Both the position numbers and the translations under genes were made by a program. DNA of 63,843 nucleotides, filler included, from Thraustochytrium aureum (lineage: Eukaryota): assembly GCA_012862495.1 (NCBI GenBank). It is 5 parts of 4 records of this genome, joined end to end, with 100 filler letters (N's around TTAATTAATTAA, not from the genome) between each part and the next. Parts side by side here need not be neighbours in the genome. Positions count along the whole stretch, not along the records: positions 17,910 to 31,752 come from BLSG01000330.1; positions 31,853 to 60,774 come from BLSG01000330.1; 3 more parts are not named here. One strand, given 5' to 3'. Each line of letters opens with the position of its first letter. The stretch's first letter is position 1. This document shows positions 23,859 through 35,195 of this stretch, one piece after another. The notes under the pieces were generated by a model that worked only from the letters and a program-made list of their open reading frames with translations, had not been told where the DNA came from and ran no database searches.

Positions 23859-24482
23859 CGCTCCCGGCGCGCTGCGCGAGCCCTGCTCGTCCCGAAAACG
23901 ACCCCCCCGGCGTCCTCTCCGCTGCTCTCTGCGCTAGCACGCCCACGCGCTCCTGCCGCCCGACGCCGTGTGCCGCTCCGCGCTCTCGAAACCGGTCTGC
24001 TGCGCCTCCCTCGTGTTCTCCGACCCACCGAACACAACGAACACAACGATCAAAAAGAGCACAAAACCCGAACAGAATAAACAGAAGCAACAGCGAACGT
24101 AATGAACAAACAGGTTACAGAGAACATAGTGAACAAACGGTTGGCGCTGCAAGCCGGAGAACACGATGAACAAATGTGAGCAAACTGCATCCGTAAGGTG
24201 ACAGCGAACAGAAGGAGCAGAGAGAACATGGTGGGTTGCGGGAGCGACGCCCACGTCGATGATCTTGCCTCTTCGCGGAATTGGGCGCGGCGCGGCATGG
24301 ATGGCTGGCAGCTTGCAAGTTGCGTATACTCTACTCCTCTTGATCAACTCAACTTGAAAATCGAAGGAGTGCGCGGCGCAAATCGTGTGGTGGCCTTCTT
24401 TCTTGATCAATCAATTGATTGATTGACAGATGATGACCCATCGCGGATACTTGTTCAGTTCTAGTAGGCATGCCAAGTCCAC

Positions 24483-27161
24483 CTACTTTCCGCTGCCGCG
24501 CGCGCCTGTGACTTGTGCGTGCAGGCACATCGTCTCGCCGCCAGCGCCGTAGCCCATCTTGTGGCGCAGCTGGAACGTATTGGGAAAATAGACCCAGGTG
24601 CACCAGCCGCCACCCGGCTTGGCGGCCAAGAGCTCGACCTGGGCCGTTTCGCCGACAGAGCGCCCACACAGGCTGCCAGAGGCGTGCTTTAGTGGCATGT
24701 TCCGGTTCCGGATGTTGGTGTAGTCATTGCGGAACTTTTGGCGCTCGTCCGCGTGGCTGCACTTGGCGAGCACAAGGTCGGCCGAAGTGGACGCACCGCT
24801 CGGCGCGACGCAAAGCCCCGAGGCGCGGTGACGGATCTGCCAGTTGGCCAGGAGATCAAACTGCTGTTCGGAGGAGCTGAGCCCGTTGGCGACGCATGGC
24901 TTGGCAATAACCTTCGAGCCAGCAGACCAGCTGCTTGCGGGCAGCGCGGGGGCGCTGGTCCAGCGCGACCCGACTGGATCCACTCTGATGCGGCCAAACT
25001 CGACGGCGGAATAGTCGCTAGCGCCGATGCCAGCAAAGCCGTTCTCGCGCGAGCGCAAGGCCTTGCCCCGGAAGAGCTGCTTGCCGTCGATGGCCCCGTT
25101 GGCCGTGTTGCCGTTCGTCTCGAGGCGCACGGTGTGCCAATCATTCTCCGCCGTTTCCAGAGCCCCAGAGGCAATTACGGACTGCTTCGGCGGCCAAACC
25201 CCGGAAACGGGCCCGCTGTAGAACAGGTACCACTCGCTCCGCGAGATACAGAGCGAAATGCCAGAGTTCCAGTTTTGGTCGGTCCGCGTGACGACGCAGG
25301 GCGCAGTGTTGTTCGGCGACAACGACGGGATACGGAAAGTCGCTTCGATGGCGACGTCCTCCCACTCGAGCATGCCGACAACGGTAATCGGTCCGCGCCC
25401 CCAGGAAGCCCAGGTAATGGGCGGCGCGGGCGTCATCTGGCGAAGCGCGGTGCCCGCAGACCCGCGCTGGACCTCGAATGCGCCTTGCTGGTCGGACAAG
25501 TAGCGAGCGTAGCACCCTGTGCACGTGTACTTTGAAAAGTCGTCCTCGTACGGGAGCGGGAAGGACGCGTTTGGCTCCCTGCGCTGCTTGGGGACGCCCT
25601 TCTTGCCGACAAGCTGGTTGGTCACGGTGAACGTGCTGCCCAAGGTCAGGTTGAGCGTCACTGAGTTCGAGCCTTGATGGCGCACTGCCCACGCCGGCGC
25701 ACGCTCAAACAAAACAGACTCTTCGGCCTCAAAGTTGGAGTACCACACAGCGAGCTGACCGCCGGCGTCGTCGAGGGCCTGCTGCGCCACTTTTGGGAGG
25801 GTGAACTCAAAGCTGGACGCCTCCGGCTTGGTGTCGTAGGCCGCGATGGCTGGCCGCGTGCAAGGCGCATGGTCGTGCGAGATCTTGACGACCACGACCG
25901 CAAAGTACTTGCGGCACGGTGATACAAAAGTGACGTAGGTGCCATGGCCGACGAGCTCGCCGGACCCGTTCCCGACGGGCATCATCGTCCAGCCGGGCTC
26001 AGTGAACTGGGTGTAGTGCGCCGTGGCCCACACGACGGGCATCTGCTCGTACTCGTAGTATCCCGACCAGGGCTGCACAGCGGTGAGCATCGAGGACGCG
26101 TACCAGTTGGTGCCGTGCATGTACGAGCCGACGAGGTTCCACATCAAGTTGGCCGTCATGCCAGACCGCACGTAGTGGCTGTTGATGATCCGCGCCCAGC
26201 AGGCTGCCCCGTTCAGGTCGTCGTAGCTCGAGCTCTCCTCCGAGGACCACACGGGCTTGGAAAGCTCCTTGCCGCACCTCTTGTACTGCTCTGCGTCGCC
26301 GTCGCTCGGGTAGTGGAACCCGAGCACGCCGACAGCCCGAGCGCGCTCCGGGTCATTGACGAGCGCCTGGCAAAACGCTTTGCTGCCCCACCCGTCGTTG
26401 GAGACGATAAGGGTTTCGTTAAACCCGTTCGCGTCGAGCGTTCTGCGGAGCTCCTTGGTGTATGCCGCGGACGGGGAGCGCTCGTTCCAGATACCCAGGT
26501 AGTCGATGTGCAAGCCATGAATGTCGCGCGCGCCAAGCATCCACTGCAGCGAATAGTTTGCAGCACGAACAGGGTCCTTGAACGGCTGGGTCTTGTCGTC
26601 GCTGAGCCAGGCTGGGAAGGCCCAGGGGAGGCCGTAGAGCTTGATTTTCGGGTTGCGCTTTTTGGCTTCCTTCATCAGGCGCCATTCATAGCCGCGCGTG
26701 AGGTCCAAGTCGTCGGCGCTGTGCATGTGGCTCGTTTCGGAGCCATCCGTGCTCTGCGAGTCGCCGCCGATCTCCACCTTGAACATGTGCAGCGAGGCTC
26801 CAAAGTTGGGCAGGAACATCAGGTCTAGGATTTCATCCTGCACTTCCTGCGGGTATTCGATCAGCAGCCTGGACGTGGCGCCGCCTCCACTAATCCCGCC
26901 GATACCGTCGAAGCGCTTGCCTTGGGCAAACGCCGCCTCATCGCTCAGATCAATCACGTAGGTCGCGTCGACGTTGGCAGGGTTGAACGGCAGCTCGTCG
27001 CTTCGCCCGGTCCCGTCCACGGCCACCACGGCCAAGACCACGGCGCTCGCCAGCAGCAGGACCCCGGCGCCGGCTAGGAGATTACCGCGCCGCTTGTTCG
27101 CCGTCCCGGCCTCTTGCGAGAGCAAGGGCAGTTGCGCCAAGTCCCCGTCCTCGTTGTCCAT
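24483..27161 (-). CDS. GALC: Galactocerebrosidase (GH59) with type II TM anchor and C-terminal ricin-B lectin-like domain
   Basis: FDGIGGISGGGATSRLL, KVEIGGDSQSTDGSETSHMH, RGYEWRLMKEAKKRNP.IKLYGLPW.FP, GIWNER (acid/base) and PVWSSEE (nucleophile), AHYTQFTEPGW. Confidence 0.93.
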   Translation of the reverse strand: MDNEDGDLAQLPLLSQEAGTANKRRGNLLAGAGVLLLASAVVLAVVAVDGTGRSDELPFNPANVDATYVIDLSDEAAFAQGKRFDGIGGISGGGATSRLLIEYPQEVQDEILDLMFLPNFGASLHMFKVEIGGDSQSTDGSETSHMHSADDLDLTRGYEWRLMKEAKKRNPKIKLYGLPWAFPAWLSDDKTQPFKDPVRAANYSLQWMLGARDIHGLHIDYLGIWNERSPSAAYTKELRRTLDANGFNETLIVSNDGWGSKAFCQALVNDPERARAVGVLGFHYPSDGDAEQYKRCGKELSKPVWSSEESSSYDDLNGAACWARIINSHYVRSGMTANLMWNLVGSYMHGTNWYASSMLTAVQPWSGYYEYEQMPVVWATAHYTQFTEPGWTMMPVGNGSGELVGHGTYVTFVSPCRKYFAVVVVKISHDHAPCTRPAIAAYDTKPEASSFEFTLPKVAQQALDDAGGQLAVWYSNFEAEESVLFERAPAWAVRHQGSNSVTLNLTLGSTFTVTNQLVGKKGVPKQRREPNASFPLPYEDDFSKYTCTGCYARYLSDQQGAFEVQRGSAGTALRQMTPAPPITWASWGRGPITVVGMLEWEDVAIEATFRIPSLSPNNTAPCVVTRTDQNWNSGISLCISRSEWYLFYSGPVSGVWPPKQSVIASGALETAENDWHTVRLETNGNTANGAIDGKQLFRGKALRSRENGFAGIGASDYSAVEFGRIRVDPVGSRWTSAPALPASSWSAGSKVIAKPCVANGLSSSEQQFDLLANWQIRHRASGLCVAPSGASTSADLVLAKCSHADERQKFRNDYTNIRNRNMPLKHASGSLCGRSVGETAQVELLAAKPGGGWCTWVYFPNTFQLRHKMGYGAGGETMCLHAQVTGARGSGK

Positions 27162-27695
27162 TCTCGCAGCAACGACTTGCAACCGCCACAGACCGCGCTG
27201 TGCTCGAAGCGCGAGCGCCTGCCAGCCTGCTTGCTTGCCGGTCTGCCCGCCTGCCTAATTGCCTGCCTGCCAGCCTGCCTGCCAGGACTGTCCTGCGCAG
27301 GGTCCGTGGGACTGCTGCTCGATTGAGGACTGGGACAGGGACGACCTGAACAGCGAAGATACTGTTTTCGGTACTCACGCACCGCGACGATGGACGAGTT
27401 CGCGCTACTTTTTCCCTCGCGCATGTACCCGCAGGCCGTGGGTACCAGCCAGCCAGCCTCACGCAGACCAACCCAACGCGTTCGATAGTAGGCCAACATG
27501 CGCGGATCGATTGGAGGCTCTGGTTTTGCGCGCGGCAACGGCTGCGTTTCGAGCATCGACAACTTGTTGGTCGCAGGGAAAAGTGGAGCGGGGAGTGAGC
27601 GTTCGTGGCTTGGCTAGTAGCTTGTGCGATGCGATGCGCCTGCTTGGCGCCACCGAGGGGGGCCCAGGGCGGCCCTGTGCGATTGCGGTCGGCGA

Positions 27696-28361
27696 CTAGC
27701 CGAGGATGCTCAGAGAACCGCCTTTCTCGATGGCAGCCTTGTACGAGTCGAGCTGCTCGATCCTCTTCACGAAAGCCTCCAGTTTCGGGTAGGCGCGCTG
27801 GCTGCCCTTGCGAAGCAGAACGGCCTGCACAGGGTACCCCATCTGCACGTCGGCGCCGGTCATGGACGCCCCAGCAAACCACTCGTTTTTCGTGAGATGG
27901 TCTTCCATGAGAGCGAGCGCGCTGTCGATTTGCGGGTCGATGAAGCTCGACGTTACCTTGGCCGAGATTCCGTTCGCGATGGGGCGAATCAAGAAGGGGA
28001 CACGCGAGGGGATCGTGGCAAACACGAGCTTCATGGTGAGCAGCGGCATCAGGCTGCCTTCAGAAAAGTGCATCCAGTAGTTGAAGTTCACTCGCTCCTG
28101 CGTCCCGACCGCCGGCAAGAGCGGCGTGCTCTGCTTCTCGAGCAGGTACTGCACGATCGCGCCAGACTCTGCCACGACGAGGTCGCCGTCCTGCAGCACA
28201 GGCGACTTGCCGAGCGGATGGACCTTTTTCAGCTCCGGCGGCGCGAGCATGGTCTCAGGGTTGCGCTTGTAGTGCTTGATCTCGTAGTCGAGTCCAAGCT
28301 CTTCAAGCAGCCACACGATGCGGTGCGAGCGCGAGTTCTCGAGGTGGTGGAGCACGAGCAT
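27696..28361 (-). CDS. Glutathione S-transferase (GTT1-like)
   Basis: MLVLHHLENSRSHRIVWLLEELGLDY...PELKKVHPLGKSPVL.DG...AESGAIVQYL; TGADVQM. Confidence 0.93.
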   Translation of the reverse strand: MLVLHHLENSRSHRIVWLLEELGLDYEIKHYKRNPETMLAPPELKKVHPLGKSPVLQDGDLVVAESGAIVQYLLEKQSTPLLPAVGTQERVNFNYWMHFSEGSLMPLLTMKLVFATIPSRVPFLIRPIANGISAKVTSSFIDPQIDSALALMEDHLTKNEWFAGASMTGADVQMGYPVQAVLLRKGSQRAYPKLEAFVKRIEQLDSYKAAIEKGGSLSILG

Positions 28362-28598
28362 CGTGTAGACGCGCTGGAACACCGCCAGGGATCCCGCCAA
28401 CAAGTCCGGCTCCCGCACAAGCACAGCGCAACCCCCTTCGAAACAGCAGCTGCGCAGTCAGCCGTGCGCGGCGTCTCGACCTTCGCAAGGCGTTGCAGCA
28501 GTGCTGGCTTGCTCCTGAGCTCGCTTGCTTTTTGTTACGTCTGCAGGCATTCACAGCCGATGACGAGGTGAGGTGTGCACAAGCCCGCACGCATGCAG

Positions 28599-28646
28599 GC
28601 ACGCACGACCGCACGCACGACCGCACGCACGACCGCACGCACGACC
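28599..28646. repeat. 12-bp tandem repeat GCACGCACGACC x4
   Basis: Four exact copies, located between the coiled-coil gene 3' end and the GST start. Confidence 0.9.
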
Positions 28647-28889
28647 GCAAGCAGCCCAACTCACTGTTGACATTGGATCGCAAAAGGTTCGCAATGCTAC
28701 ATCAGGCCGTGCACGACTGTGGATGGCTCGACTCGGAGTTGAGGCGACGACGGTCTCGCACGTGTGCAACGGCGACGGAGAATCCCAACCCGAAGGAGAC
28801 AACTTCGAACGAAGACAACGATCTAGCTTTGTCGATGCAACGACCTACTCTACCAACCCGACACATCCTTCGCGTCCTCCGCAGCTTGG

Positions 28890-31752
28890 TCACGCAGCAG
28901 GCGTTCGCTGTTGCAACTCGACGTAGCGCGCCCGCCGCGACGCCAGGGTCGAAAGGGAGGAGGTTGACGGCGCGGAGCGCGAAGCAGGCGCGGCACCGCT
29001 GGAACCCCGGCCCGCGACCATGCAGTCCTGAAACACGCGGCGAACGGACCGCGAAACGACCGTCATCGCAGAATGGTCCTCGAGCGCCAGATCACAAACC
29101 CGGCGGGCCTTTTCAATGATGCGCTGGGCGGACTCGAACGCCCTCGTGAGGCGCCGCTGCAACCGGTCTGCGTGCGCCGTCGACTGCTCAAGCGCCGAGC
29201 GCCGACGGTTGAGACGGCTCGCGCTTGCATCGGCTTGCTCATCCTCGCTTGACTCGCCGTCTGTACTGCGGCCCCCCTGCGAGCTTGAAAAGCTGAGACT
29301 GCGCGAGACCGAGTGCGCCTCTTGCAGGTCGACCTGATTGCCGTTTTGGGCTTCCGCGGCCGACAGGGCCGCGTCTAGCTTCCACTCCAAGTCTTGCAGG
29401 GACACGCCGAGCTGCGCGGACCGCGGCAAAAGCACGTCTTTGATGGCGGAGGAGAGCACGTCGAGCGCCTCGGATTGGGACTCGAGCTTTTTGGCGAGGG
29501 CCAAGGTCTCCTGCTTGGCTGCTTGTCGGAGCCGCTTGTGCTGCTCGGCCTCCTCGAACTTGGTCTTTACGGTGGCGTTCATCTCGCGCTCAGTCATGCG
29601 GATCGCCTCNNNNNNNNNNNNNNNNNNNNNNNNNNNNNNNNNNNNNNNNNNNNNNNNNNNNNNNNNNNNNNNNNNNNNNNNNNNNNNNNNNNNNNNNNNN
29701 NNNNNNNNNNNNNNNNNNNNNNNNNNNNNNNNCTCGAGTCTCGCTAGCTCGGCCTCCCGCTCGTCTAGTCGCGCGCGCAGCTCTTCCAGCAAGAGGTGCC
29801 CCTCGACTGAACGCGTTGCATTTCGCTCGCGTGCTCTGCGCGAGCCTTGTCGAGTGCGACTTCTAGCGCGCGCTTGGCGTCCTCCGCAGTTTTGGCGACC
29901 TTGGCTTCGTGCTTTTGGTGCATCGACTCAATGTAGGCTTTGGCTTGACGTAGCTTGCCCGCGATCTCGGACTTTTCGGACGAGAGCGCGTGCTCAAGCG
30001 TCTCAATCTTGGCCTCGAGGTCCAATCGCGTGGCCACTGCTTCGGCTTGCCTCTCCTCGAACAACTGAAGCTCCTCGCGGTGCTTTGCAGTGGCGCTCTG
30101 AAGCGCCTCGTGGCTCTTGGCGAGCTCGCCGGCGTGGGCCTCTTCGGTTGCCTCGAGCTGTCGTGCCTTGGAGGCTACCTCCTTCTCAAGGGCTTCCACT
30201 TTGGCATTGGCCTTTTCCAGCGCTGTTTGCAGTGCGTGGCGGTCCTCTTCGTTTTCCCGAAGCTTGGCTTCAAGAGCGCCGACCGTCTCCTGAAGCGCGG
30301 CTCGCGCTGCGACGACCTGGTCGCGCCCGGAATCATTGGCTTGGCTAACCTCGGCAAGCTCCGCGCGGGCGGCTTGTAGCTCGCCCTGCAGCTCGACAAA
30401 TCTGGCTTCTGCGGCAGCGGCCCGGGCATCCGCCTCGGCGCGCTCGGCGTGGACGGCTTGCCGCACCGCCGCTTCGTGCGCCTCTTTCATTTGCTCGACC
30501 TCTGCCTCGAGGCGGGCGCGGACCCTCGCCTCTTCGCCGCTTTGATAAGCTTGGATTTGAGCCACCATTGCTTCCTCTGCGTTGCGGCGAGCGCTTTCGG
30601 CTTCGGCCGAGGCTTGGGTCGCGGCATCCCGCGCTTGATCTGCTGCAGCGTACGCAGCATCGGCTGCAGCGGTGGCCTTGACAAGCTCTGCCGCTTTGTC
30701 TGCAAGCTCGCTGTGAGCCGCCTTCAGGGCCAACTCCAAGTCGGCGACTGCGACGGTCACGGCGTCTTCCGCGGACTTCTCGAGCCTCGCAGCGTTTTCC
30801 TCGGCTGCCTCTGCCCGGCGCATCAATTCCTCAAGGAGCGCGTCTGCGCGGTCGGCTTGCTCGGCCAGCTCTGCTTGAGCAGCCTGCATGTCCCTGAGCG
30901 CGGCCTCGACCTGTTTAAGGTGCGCTGTTGCATCTTGAGCTTGCGCCGTCGACTCGGCGGCGTCCTCCACCGCCTTGCTCGCCAGCTCGCGAGCCTCGGC
31001 AAGCGCCGCATCGGACTCGGCGAGCTGTTTGCTAGCGCTGTCCCGCTGTGATGATAGAACATCGGCTTGTTTCTCGGCTTCGGCCAGCTTGCCTCGCAGC
31101 ACCTCGCCGGCTTTGAGGGCGGCGCGAAGCTCGGCTTCGAGGTCTCCAGCTTTGGCGTCATCCTGCGCGACCGCAATTCCGTTTTCGTGCTGAACCGGGG
31201 ATAGATCCCTAGTTTCGGCAGGATCGTGCATCTTTTCCATGGGTTCTCCGAGTCCGTCGGGTGCAGAATTTTGCTCGGGAGGCGTGCCCGGCACACCCGC
31301 GACTTTGCTGTTGCTCTCGCGTTCCTGAGAGGTCTCTCTCGCTTGCTCTATGGCGCACTTTTCCGCTTCGAGTTGCTCTGCCCGGCCATTGGCGTCGTGG
31401 ACTGAGCGCTCCAACTCTGCAAGCGCCTGCTCGTGCTGCCGCTGCAGTTCTTCAAGTTTTCCCTTCAGCGCCTCCGATTCCGCACGGGCTTGGATTTCGG
31501 CCGCCTTTATTGATTCCACTAGAGCACTTGCGTTCGCAGCGGCGAGTTCTGCCCCCCTTTGCGCGGCTTCGGCTTGCTGCTCCCGCTCTGTGGCTGCAAC
31601 TAATTCTCTTTCGAGCTGCTCAACGCCCAGTGCCTTGCGTTCAGCCTCCTCTAGACTTGCTGCAAGCTCTTCCACCCTGGAGCGGCTATTTGCGAGTTCT
31701 TCCTCAACTGCTTTTTCGCGAGTTTCAGAGGCCTCTAGTCTTGCGTTCACTT
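28890..31752 (-). CDS. Long coiled-coil protein (golgin/myosin-tail-like); 5' truncated, frameshift near 29810, gap 29610-29732
   Basis: Over 850 codons of A/E/L/Q/K/R-rich heptad sequence. Confidence 0.75.
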
Positions 31753-31852
31753 NNNNNNNNNNNNNNNNNNNNNNNNNNNNNNNNNNNNNNNNNNNNTTAA
31801 TTAATTAANNNNNNNNNNNNNNNNNNNNNNNNNNNNNNNNNNNNNNNNNNNN
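31753..31852. other. Artificial scaffold linker N44-TTAATTAATTAA-N44
   Basis: 12-mer at 31797-31808 flanked by N runs. Confidence 0.95.
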
Positions 31853-32002
31853 TACCACGAGTGTTCATGGGCGCCCATCGCCAGCCCGAGCGATAGCGCA
31901 GAGCGCGCAAGAGCGGAGTGCCTGGTGGCGCTCATGGCCACTCCGAGGGGGGCGTCCCAACTGGGTCTTCGCATGGAGACGATCAACGCCACTCGGCCGT
32001 AA
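31853..32002 (+). CDS. Possible 3' end of a gene at the scaffold start
   Basis: Open frame YHECSWAPIASP...METINATRP* followed by an AT-rich, GTAGAGTA-containing tail. Confidence 0.3.
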   Translation, partial: YHECSWAPIASPSDSAERARAECLVALMATPRGASQLGLRMETINATRP

Positions 32003-32161
32003 GTAAGTAGAGTAATAACAACAGTCGACTCCCAGTGATCAATCGATCGACGACCGATCCATCCATCCATCGAGCCACTAGCCGACTGCGCCAACGCGCG
32101 CCTGCCGCTGCTGCTCGACGTGCGTGCCCGCGCCTGCGCCGAGCGTGCGCCCTTGCGCGGG

Positions 32162-33672
32162 ATGGCTCTCCCGGAACGAAACGCGCTGGGGCTGGAGAAG
32201 GTGGAGATGGAGACGGAAGAGGAGGAGGAGGCCTTGTCGCTGTTGAAACAAGCGCCGCTGGCGGGTGATAGCGAGGGGCGCGACGACAAGCACGCAGGGG
32301 CGCTCGGAGGGCGGGGGCCGGGGGGCGGCGGGATTCGGAGGGGAAGGCAGTGCGCTGGAAACGCACGCTTGGGACGCTCGGCCTCCTCGCCGTTTGCTTG
32401 GTGGGCTTCCTCACGGTCAAGCCGATCGAGAAGCTCCGGACAGCCCAAGAGGCGCCCCAAACAGCGAGCGATACCTACCACTACCTGTACGATGAGTACG
32501 CCGAGCCACAAGTCGAAAACGACGGCGCGGGTTTGGTGGCCGACCCCACGAACGCACCAACAGAATCCGGCCAACCCGACCGAGTCAGCGGCCCCGCCAA
32601 GCCCGGGAGCATCCTAAACACAACAGTCGTGAGCGTGCCACCGCGACGCACCTCGTTTCCCATTCGCGAGAAAGGCATCATCTGCACGTACGAGCCGTAC
32701 GGACGGCTCAACAACCATTTGCTGATGATCAAGGGCGGGCTCAACCTCGCGCATCTCCTGAATCGCACGTACATCATACCATCATACGTCGCACAGTTTT
32801 ACGACGTCGCGCGCCTGGCTAACATCGGTCCTCCAGGGCTGATGTCACCGCATTTGCCGGGAATATGCAGAAACGCAGTCAAGCTTCCAAACTTTGACGC
32901 GCTTTGCTCGGGCAAGCACAAGTGCAACCTGGACGACCCAGAGGTCGCGCTCGAGCTCGATCGCCGCTCAGAGGGCGTTTCCGGTCTTCTCGTGCCCGGA
33001 TTCCTCCTGTTCTATCAGTCTCCTTGGGAACACTGGGATGCCGAATTCTACCGCAACCTGTTCCCGGTGCAGAGCATAATGGACAAGGCGCACGACTACA
33101 TTGCACGGCATTTCGGCAGCAATGAGTATGCTGCGGTGCACTTGCGTTGGCTGGAGGGTTCGTGCCCGCACCGGTTGAAAACGCACAATGCCGACGTGGG
33201 CCACGAGTTGTGTCAGACAACAAAGAGCGTCTTCCTTGAGGTCATGGAGGACACTTGCGGTTTTAACGACATGCCAATCTTTGTGGCCAGCGATCGCGAA
33301 CGAATGGACATCCTCAAAACCTATGACGACGGCTACCTCTACGACGGGCCGTGTATCTTGACAGAGTGCGCTGTGATCGACTTTGAGATCGCTGCGCGCG
33401 CAAACTTTTTCGTTGGCGTCGTCGTCAGCACTGCCTCTTATCAGATTGGCAAATTCCGCGCGCACAGGCGGATCAGGCCCTTTGGCCGCTGGTTTCCCTC
33501 GGTCATCAGCTGGTCCAAGGACCCTGTGGAAAACGCCTTCAAAGACGGCCACCCCATTGTGCACCACGAGCATGACCTCAAGGGGGTGCGCAGGGGCCTG
33601 CGCCGGCTTGGGTCTTCTGTTTCTGGGCCTCAACGAGAGCCTGGGCGGGGGCCAGAGGCTGAGGCGCTTTGA
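32162..33672 (+). CDS. GDP-fucose O-fucosyltransferase-like type II membrane glycosyltransferase; probable frameshift near 32320-32350
   Basis: TM segment LGTLGLLAVCLVGFLTV; motifs GRLNNHL, LNRTYIIP, YAAVHLR, IFVASD, IDFEIAARANFFVG...STAS. Confidence 0.75.
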
Positions 33673-34070
33673 CCTGCTTTGTAAGTATGCACAACTGAGC
33701 CTCCCCTTCCTCTTTTACCTCTAGAAGCGACCAAGCTTGCGGAGCGACGCGGGCTGGAACTGTTGACCGACCCAGCCCTGGCCGACTTTTGATGTCAATA
33801 CGCGCTGCCAAGCTAGGTTAGCTAGCTCTGGAGCACTTGAGAGCTTTTGAGAGAGCCCGTGGAGCTAGTCGTGTTGGAGCCGCGTAGAGCTTACTCGGAC
33901 GAGCAAGTCCTGCCACGTAAAGAATACAGGCACGCAGCCAAACACCTCCTATGTTGCTCGTCGCGGCAACTCAGAGCGCATGGCTTTTCGCAAATAGTTC
34001 AGTTGCGTGGTGCTACCTAGCTTGAGAGAGCAGCGACACGTGGAGCCGAGACGACAGTCAGCAGCACGCC

Positions 34071-34889
34071 CTACAAAAAGCCCTCCGTAAAGTCCAAGGG
34101 GGCACCGACAAGCTCCTTTGACAAGCACCAGCCAATGTGAAACGTGGTGATCCAGAGCCGCGCCTTGTCGGCGCCGTGCGATTTGCTGAGCCACATGTAC
34201 AGGACGGTGTACAGCAGCGTTCGCCGCATCGTTTCTGTTGGGCGTGCCCACTCCGTCTGCTCGTCAGTCCACCCGCGCCCGTTGCGTCGCTCGAGATACC
34301 GAAACAGGGAGCCGCCAACCCCGGCCAGCATCGAGGCCACAAATGGTGCGGTTGGCGAGTCGGGGAAGAGCGCTCGCCCCTTGTCCACGCTGCCACAGAG
34401 CGTCGTAGCAGAGTCGACGGCCTCGAAGGTGGTCAAGATCATGCTCGACAGCGATCGCGGCGTACTCGCCAAAGTGAAAAGCGCGTCGAACGGCGAATAA
34501 TAAACGCATGCAAACGCCAGCAGCCAGGCCTGGCCGAGGTCGGGGCTCTTGAACAAGCTCGGAGTCTGCGCCATGGCCAAATCGCGCACTGTGGTCCCGC
34601 CAAACCCGTGGCACAAAAACGCACACACTAGATTGTACAGCACGCTGGGCTGCGGCGCGGCAACGACTGCGTTCGCCTCGTCGTACGCCCTCCACGCCGC
34701 CACGCTCTTCACCGCGTGCAAAAACATCAAATCCCACGGGTAACCGGGCGCGAGAATAACCTTTTCCCGCATGTAAACCTTGACATTCTCCGCCATCGCC
34801 GTGACACTGCCTTTGCCCACCCAGGCCGACACCACGGCGCTCGCCACGGTCGCGCCGACCGCAGGTCGCCCACCTTCTTTGGGCGCCAT
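34071..34889 (-). CDS. TRIC (TMEM38-like) trimeric intracellular cation channel family protein
   Basis: Multiple TM helices with two glycine motifs, HGFGGTTVRDLAMAQTP and AGVGGSLF, plus CVYYSPFD and GSVDKG. Confidence 0.65.
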   Translation of the reverse strand: MAPKEGGRPAVGATVASAVVSAWVGKGSVTAMAENVKVYMREKVILAPGYPWDLMFLHAVKSVAAWRAYDEANAVVAAPQPSVLYNLVCAFLCHGFGGTTVRDLAMAQTPSLFKSPDLGQAWLLAFACVYYSPFDALFTLASTPRSLSSMILTTFEAVDSATTLCGSVDKGRALFPDSPTAPFVASMLAGVGGSLFRYLERRNGRGWTDEQTEWARPTETMRRTLLYTVLYMWLSKSHGADKARLWITTFHIGWCLSKELVGAPLDFTEGFL

Positions 34890-35195
34890 CCCCCAACCGC
34901 GCCCAAGCCCAGCAGGCCGCGCAGACGCAACGCCGCTGCGGCGCAGCAGCTAGGTCGTGCCGTGTGCGACCGAGGCGCTGCCGAGCTGTTCCAGGTGAAA
35001 GGACGATCGACCGAGCCCCAACGCGGTGCTGGAGGGCATCGATCTTCAAGTGGTCGCCGCCACCGCTGTCCGATCATCGCCAAAACCTAACCTCCTTTGT
35101 TCGTCGCCGCTGCGTCCGCTCGGGCTGCCCTCCCGGCCGGCCATGCGCGAACTGCAGGACATGCGCGAGCTGCAGGACATGCTGCAGGACCTGCC

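Noticed and set aside
24483..33672. Glycan-metabolism gene cluster (GALC plus fucosyltransferase-like gene)
   Set aside because: The genes are separated by unrelated genes and a scaffold linker.
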